Assembly: GCA_011322365.1 (NCBI GenBank)
Contig: DRNA01000142.1
Coordinates: 1-42,822, forward strand
DNA from: Aeromonadales bacterium
Lineage (GTDB): Bacteria > Pseudomonadota > Gammaproteobacteria > Enterobacterales > GCA-002770795
Reading direction: 5' to 3'
DNA: 42,822 nt
The position numbers were made by a program, and so were the translations under genes. Every line of letters begins with the position of its first letter. The stretch's first letter is position 1. Under the pieces are notes generated by a model. That model was not told the origin of the DNA. It saw only the letters and a list, made by a program, of their open reading frames with translations, and did no database searches. Positions 37,685 to 42,822 of this stretch are shown here, in pieces.

Positions 37685-38971
37685 ATGTTTGCACTGGTCG
37701 ATTGCGATAGTTTTTTTGCCAGCTGTGAACAAATTTTCCGTCCGGATCTGCGCGGCAAACCCATTGTTGTGCTTTCGAATAATGATGGCTGCATTGTAGC
37801 CAGAAATCGCCAGGCTAAAGCATTACAGGTGCCAGATCTGGTGGCCTATTTTAAAGTGAAACAATTATTGGAAAAACAACAGATAGAGGTGTTTTCCAGT
37901 AATTATGAACTCTATGGTGATATCTCAGCTCGGGTTATGGACCGGCTACAGGATTTTGCTACTGATATGGAAATCTATTCCATAGATGAAGCCTTTTTAT
38001 TATTACCCGATCTAAATATCGATGATACTAATGCTTCACAAAATAGCAATGCCTACTGGCAATATGGCCGTACCATAAAGAAAACCATCTGGAAAGACAT
38101 TCGTGTACCTGTTTCTGTAGGTATTGGAGCCACTAAAACCCTGGCAAAACTGGCCTCTCACATTGCCAAACAATCGCTACGTTGTCAGGGGGTTTGCGCT
38201 ATCGTAAACCTTCCACGCTGGCAAAAAGTATTCAGCAGAATTCCGGTAAAAAAAATCTGGGGTATCGGCAGAAAATATGCCAGCCGACTACAGGCTGATC
38301 ACATTTATTCAGTATGGCAGTTACTCAATTGTAATCCTAAAACCATACAACGACGATACAGCGTGAACCTGGAAAGAACAGTAGAAGAACTTAACGGCAT
38401 TCCCTGCTATGGTCTGGAAAAAGAAATACCTGATAAGCAACAGATTATTTCATCTCGCTCCTTTGGCAAAAAAATCACTGAATTAGAGCCATTACAGCAA
38501 GCCATCAGCCAGTATGCCAGCCGGGCCTGTCAAAAATTACGCACGCAAAACGCCCTTGCCACTACAATTAATGTTTTCATCCAGACCAGTCGTTTTGAAG
38601 AAGACTATTATGCTCCCGCTCTGTCAATAAAATTACCCTGCCCAACCAATGACACCCGTACCATTATCCACTTCGCCAGGCAGGCAGTCTGGCAACTGTA
38701 TAAACCCCATCGACGTTATGCAAAAGCCGGAGTCGCTATCACAGAAATCATATCTCGCACACCACAACAACTGGATTTTCTTGCGCCGGTACAAAGCTCT
38801 CATTCTGAAAATTTAATGCAGGTCTTGGATACTATCAACCAACGCTCCGGAAGTGGTACTGCTTTTTTTTTAGCACAGGGTATACAACAAAAATGGAAAA
38901 TGAATCGCTTTATGAAATCACCCTCCTATACTACCCGCTGGCTGGATTTACCCTGTATTATGATTAGATAA
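37685..38971 (+). CDS. umuC: Y-family DNA polymerase V subunit UmuC
   Basis: MFALVDC..FFASCE, VVLSNNDGC, SSNYELYGD, YSIDEAF, SRSFG; C-terminal WKMNRFMKSPSYTTRW (DUF4113). Confidence 0.95.
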   Translation: MFALVDCDSFFASCEQIFRPDLRGKPIVVLSNNDGCIVARNRQAKALQVPDLVAYFKVKQLLEKQQIEVFSSNYELYGDISARVMDRLQDFATDMEIYSIDEAFLLLPDLNIDDTNASQNSNAYWQYGRTIKKTIWKDIRVPVSVGIGATKTLAKLASHIAKQSLRCQGVCAIVNLPRWQKVFSRIPVKKIWGIGRKYASRLQADHIYSVWQLLNCNPKTIQRRYSVNLERTVEELNGIPCYGLEKEIPDKQQIISSRSFGKKITELEPLQQAISQYASRACQKLRTQNALATTINVFIQTSRFEEDYYAPALSIKLPCPTNDTRTIIHFARQAVWQLYKPHRRYAKAGVAITEIISRTPQQLDFLAPVQSSHSENLMQVLDTINQRSGSGTAFFLAQGIQQKWKMNRFMKSPSYTTRWLDLPCIMIR

Positions 38972-38982
38972 TAAAAGAGTTT

Positions 38983-39759
38983 CTATTTTTTCTTCCTCTT
39001 CAACCACATATAAATTCCACTTAAAGATAGCAGGATCAGCAAAGCGGCAACAACATCTGCAAGATACTTACCGGATTTTTGTAAAATTCTGACACTGTGG
39101 ATATCTTGAATAACCCGTTCCCAGTTGAGAATATGACTTTGGTATTGGTGTGAAATCTGTTGCATAGTTTCAGCTGTAGGTTTCACTGGTTTTGACCAGG
39201 TGATCACCTTATTTTCCATTAGCGGGTGCCAATGCGTCAAGGTTGGATCCGCTTGCAGAATATCCGTACGAGTTTTAAGAAAAATATCATTACCAATCTG
39301 GCCCAAAGCTTCAATGTCAACATGACGACCATTAAATTCACTAATGGTATCAATTAGCTCACCGGATTCTGTAAACAATAAAACTTCATCTGAAGTTACA
39401 GCAATAATGCTCTCTGCGGTCGATATAGCCCCTCTTAATACTGCACTGTCTTTTTTTAGCAGGCTGTTATCAATATATAACTGATCATCAGCACTGACCA
39501 GTGTAATATCATTAACCATAAATAGCTGAATATTAGTTGGGGGGAGGACCCCGTAAACTGAAATTATCCAGGGTACACCCACCGGTTTTTTAGCCAGTTC
39601 CAGATCGTCAGCATGATTTAATAAAATGCCTGTAACTGCCAGAATAATAATAAAAATGGTGGCGGTAATCCCCAGATAACTATGCCACTTTCTGAACAGT
39701 TTAAATCGTCCATTTTTATTTTTTCCAGAGCGTTGGCGAGTTGTATGATGAGTATTCAT
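38983..39759 (-). CDS. PepSY-associated TM helix domain protein
   Basis: RKWHSYLG...AVTGILLNH, periplasmic beta-rich domain, QDIHS, LSLSGIYMW. Confidence 0.88.
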   Translation of the reverse strand: MNTHHTTRQRSGKNKNGRFKLFRKWHSYLGITATIFIIILAVTGILLNHADDLELAKKPVGVPWIISVYGVLPPTNIQLFMVNDITLVSADDQLYIDNSLLKKDSAVLRGAISTAESIIAVTSDEVLLFTESGELIDTISEFNGRHVDIEALGQIGNDIFLKTRTDILQADPTLTHWHPLMENKVITWSKPVKPTAETMQQISHQYQSHILNWERVIQDIHSVRILQKSGKYLADVVAALLILLSLSGIYMWLKRKKK

Positions 39760-40334
39760 TAAAAAGCGCCCTGAATTTTAACAGAAAGTGGTAGGGTGGG
39801 TACTGAGCTTTCAGCTGGTCTTTTAGACAATACTGCCTCAGACAGCCAGAGTGCCAGACGAGATAAACGCTTCAGAGCTCGTACGGATAAAGTGGCACCT
39901 GTGATGCCATCAATAGATTGACTGAGCCTTTTATTTTTATCCAACGTGATACCTTTAAATTGTGAGGTGAAAAATGTATGCCTGACTTCTTCCCCTCGAG
40001 ATTCACGATAGATCAGCACTTTAAGCTGTTCAATATGATCCCTTTTAACAACAATACCCAGAGTAATAGGTTCCTCTTTACCTATTTCATCAAGGATCCA
40101 GACAATACGATCTTTTTTTATCCAGTATTTTAATCGGAGTTTACTATATGCGTGTCCCAGAATATTCTTCACGGCATTTTTCTTATCACCGGTTAGCCAG
40201 AAATAGTTCACTTCGGGCACTTCCTTTTGAAATACGTCTGATAAAAACTCGGCTGGCTGCTGATACACTCCACGTGCAACAGCAACCTGATTACCAAGAA
40301 AAATAATTATACTAATAACAATAAACGTTTTCAT
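39759..40334 (-). CDS. Periplasmic FMN-binding (flavinylation substrate) protein
   Basis: Signal peptide, IGKEEPIT, YRESRG, and the flavinylation motif IDGITGATLS. Confidence 0.88.
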   Translation of the reverse strand: MKTFIVISIIIFLGNQVAVARGVYQQPAEFLSDVFQKEVPEVNYFWLTGDKKNAVKNILGHAYSKLRLKYWIKKDRIVWILDEIGKEEPITLGIVVKRDHIEQLKVLIYRESRGEEVRHTFFTSQFKGITLDKNKRLSQSIDGITGATLSVRALKRLSRLALWLSEAVLSKRPAESSVPTLPLSVKIQGAF

Positions 40335-40337
40335 CGA

Positions 40338-41519
40338 TTAAAACTGATATCCCATACCCAAATTAAAGCCATTTCCATCCAATGCTCCCGAGAAAGTATC
40401 ATAATCAACCTTTACTACTACATTCGGATGTAACCAATAATTCATTCCTAAAGTGGTCTGCCTTTTATTACTCACCAATGAATTGCCTGCCTCATTATTC
40501 CACTCATTGTAACGAGCAAAAACACCTATTTTATCATTCAGTTTATAGGAAGGTTCAATATAAAAGCCTTGCTGTTTATCTCGCCCTAGCAAAACTGCCG
40601 AGTTGCTGTTGATATCCCAGTTAGCAAACAACGCTCTTAACATAAAATTATTATGTTGATAAATGACATGTGCTGAAAATAAATTAGCTGAAACTCCTTC
40701 AACTCCCTGAGTGATATCATCCTGCCGCTGATAACTTGCCGCAAGTTCCAGACCTGCAATTCCTGTATATTTTACTCTTGCGGTAAATGCAAAATTTTCA
40801 GCAGGGGCTTCCGCTACTTTAGTTCGACCTTTTCTGATCAGATAGGCGTTACTCCCGGATACGGGTACATTCAAGCCACTAGTAACCGCTGTGTCAATAG
40901 ACCAACCTTTAGCGAGGCGAAAATTTATACTGGCACCACCTTCCCACCAGGTTGTTGGGATAATATTTTTTTCTATTGGGTTCCTCTCAACACCATAAAA
41001 AGTGGTCGGTTCGTGAGTTTCATTAATAATACCCACAGGTATCAAAAAGGCACCGAAACGGCTGGTGGTATTCTGGCTTAGGTCATATTCGATATAAGCT
41101 TGTTCAAGTTCTACTTCACCGGGCTTTCCATCAGCATTGAAGGCATGTTCCAGTTCTAATTCCGAGAAAAAACGCAAATTGTCATCAAATTTGTGGTTAA
41201 AAAATAATACAAAACGATGAAAATCCAGTTCATCACCGTCATTGCTATTTTTGTAGTGCAACTCACCATAACCGCCCACTCTCGTGTCGGTCTTTGCTGA
41301 ATCAGTTTCAGAAGTTTGCTCAACCACTTCGGCCGTGGCCTCAATTTTCTGTTCATTTTCATCAAGGCGTTTTTTTAGTGCATCAAGTTGTATCTGCTGG
41401 ATCTTAATCAAATGCCTGAGTTCATCCGTTTCTGTAGCCGCTTGTGCCTTCTCTGGCACCACCATCGTGCCGATCACCAATCCAATACAAAGTGATTTTA
41501 ATATACCTGTTTTTAACAT
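40338..41519 (-). CDS. Outer-membrane porin with N-terminal coiled coil
   Basis: Signal peptide, coiled coil, GGYGELHY, DFHRFVLF, SELELEHA, ELEQAY, GIINETHEPTTFYGVER, C-terminal YQF. Start is ATG 41519 (GGAGA RBS). Confidence 0.88.
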   Translation of the reverse strand: MLKTGILKSLCIGLVIGTMVVPEKAQAATETDELRHLIKIQQIQLDALKKRLDENEQKIEATAEVVEQTSETDSAKTDTRVGGYGELHYKNSNDGDELDFHRFVLFFNHKFDDNLRFFSELELEHAFNADGKPGEVELEQAYIEYDLSQNTTSRFGAFLIPVGIINETHEPTTFYGVERNPIEKNIIPTTWWEGGASINFRLAKGWSIDTAVTSGLNVPVSGSNAYLIRKGRTKVAEAPAENFAFTARVKYTGIAGLELAASYQRQDDITQGVEGVSANLFSAHVIYQHNNFMLRALFANWDINSNSAVLLGRDKQQGFYIEPSYKLNDKIGVFARYNEWNNEAGNSLVSNKRQTTLGMNYWLHPNVVVKVDYDTFSGALDGNGFNLGMGYQF

Positions 41520-41608
41520 TTTATTCTCCAACCTGTTAGATCGAAAGCTTTACACAAAACTCTCTATGGATTAAATAACAGAGGAGAGTATAGATAAATA
41601 TTAATCTA

Positions 41609-41627
41609 AATGCAAATCATTCTCATT
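41609..41627 (-). promoter_or_regulatory. Fur box
   Basis: Minus strand AATGAGAATGATTTGCATT (9-1-9 Fur-type), embedded in the wider symmetry TTAATCT...AGATTAA (41601-41635), 90 bp upstream of the porin ATG. Confidence 0.8.
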
Positions 41628-41680
41628 AAGATTAAATGAATTTTTCATTCTAATTTTTACATCAGTTACTATTTTTGATC

Positions 41681-41708
41681 AAAAAGGCCCCGAAAATCGA
41701 GGCCTTTT
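41681..41708 (-). terminator. Rho-independent terminator of the outer-membrane barrel gene
   Basis: AAAAAGGCC-CCGAAAATCGA-GGCCTTTT: GC stem with a U tract on the minus strand; separates that gene from the Fur-boxed promoter. Confidence 0.85.
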
Positions 41709-41724
41709 GCACTATTGATACTTT

Positions 41725-42333
41725 TTAGAAGCTAAACCGAATGCCGGTGTTATATGAACTGTCACTAAAGTCCGTATCTATATCAAAATACCACCCTACG
41801 GATTTGTTGAACTTATAGAGTCCCCCTAGTTGAAATAGAGTATCATCACGATAAATAAAATCTACATGATCCAGATTTAGATAATTTACGTCCATTTTAA
41901 CTTCTAATTTACTGTTGATATTACTACGTAATCCAACAACTACCTGATATCCATTTTCTTTTGATGAAAAAAAATCACCCACGCCAACTTTAGCTTTAAC
42001 GCCATCCAACTCGGTAAAAAACGTACTATCCGCAGTGATATCCTTCTTATAGCCAATACCAAAAGCTATAACCGTATCTCTGGTTCCAAACCGATTATAA
42101 TCACCATTAGCATTAAAACCAAATGCCTTTGAGTCCACCGATTGATACTCAGCATTAATAAAGAAGCTCTCATTAAGTTCAAAATTTCCCTTGATTCCAA
42201 AGCCATCAAATTTATTTATGCCACCGATATTACTCACGTAACCTATATTTACATAATCAAACGAAGGTGTTTCTGCAAACATGTTGAATGATAACGCCGA
42301 AAGTATCGCGCCAACAATAAGTGTCTTTTTCAT
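41725..42333 (-). CDS. Small outer-membrane beta-barrel protein (Ax21/OmpA-like barrel)
   Basis: Signal peptide, PSFDYVNIGY, alternating beta strands, C-terminal GIRFSF. Confidence 0.85.
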   Translation of the reverse strand: MKKTLIVGAILSALSFNMFAETPSFDYVNIGYVSNIGGINKFDGFGIKGNFELNESFFINAEYQSVDSKAFGFNANGDYNRFGTRDTVIAFGIGYKKDITADSTFFTELDGVKAKVGVGDFFSSKENGYQVVVGLRSNINSKLEVKMDVNYLNLDHVDFIYRDDTLFQLGGLYKFNKSVGWYFDIDTDFSDSSYNTGIRFSF

Positions 42334-42540
42334 GATTTATTATTCCTTTTCAAAAAGTTAACTAATGGATTGTTATTAAGGCTAGCTCTATTCATTGCTT
42401 GTATCCTCTGGCTCAATACCCTGTCCGGAATCAATTAATAGAGATACCGTAAATAACCCCATAAGTATATAAAGCGTTCTCTGAATATTACCTGAATAGC
42501 TTCAAAGAAATGGGTATCTATCCATGAAGAAAAATGGAGA

Positions 42541-42822
42541 CTATTTTTCTTCGAGAGCTGAGCCAAAATCGCCCTCATATTGTGCACTCAGGTAGACAAC
42601 CACTGCAAAGGCAGCCACATTCTGGGCCATTTCATCGGGAACAATCTTATCCAGCGTATCGTTTGAAGTATGGTGCCAGTCGAAATAGTGGGTGCCATCC
42701 TGCTTCAGATCAAAAACCGCCAGACCCTGTGCATGAAAAGGAGAAAAGTCCGGGCCGCCTTCTGCCTTTTTTTCGCCCAGGGTTATTCCCAGGGGTTGTA
42801 ATATTTTAGCCATAGACACTAT
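42541..42822 (-). CDS. M28 family metallopeptidase (carboxypeptidase Q-like), 5'-truncated by window edge
   Basis: GGPDFSP...QDGTHYFDWHHTSNDTLDKI; frame is open to the window end. Confidence 0.85.
   Translation of the reverse strand: MVSMAKILQPLGITLGEKKAEGGPDFSPFHAQGLAVFDLKQDGTHYFDWHHTSNDTLDKIVPDEMAQNVAAFAVVVYLSAQYEGDFGSALEEK

Noticed and set aside
1-42822. CRISPR array, tRNA/rRNA genes, IS elements, integron attC array
   Set aside because: No regularly spaced repeats, cloverleaf, transposase or integrase ORF was seen by eye; a formal scan was not possible.

Overview
AT-rich chromosomal window from what looks like a marine gammaproteobacterium (inferred from gene content); no tRNA, rRNA, CRISPR array, integrase or transposase was seen. 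In order, it holds: (1) a pyrophosphate-metabolism neighbourhood (3' end of a probable PPi-dependent phosphofructokinase, a K+-dependent membrane pyrophosphatase and a divergent soluble ppa), interrupted by a frameshifted DUF4011-SF1 helicase-Vsr-like nuclease gene of the Hhe anti-phage type and an Hpt/degenerate HD-GYP fusion; (2) an envelope-stress run (pspA-pspC-PCu(A)C-DUF2333-ECF sigma-DUF4097) behind dusA; (3) an MscS channel; (4) a moxR-DUF58-DUF4381-VWA-VWA/TPR-batD operon divergent from an OmpR-family two-component pair; (5) a 7.6-kb sigma54-controlled MacAB-like exporter with its own NtrC-type regulator and kinase; (6) a basic secreted protein and umuDC behind a perfect 40-bp palindrome; (7) a Fur-boxed porin / FMN-binding protein / PepSY operon, an outer-membrane barrel and the 3' end of an M28 peptidase. 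The most striking structure is that block 5 is bracketed by a 56-bp direct repeat of the 3' end of the upstream kinase gene: a 34-bp identical core followed by only synonymous differences. That is the pattern of an att-like integration, yet no recombinase is present.
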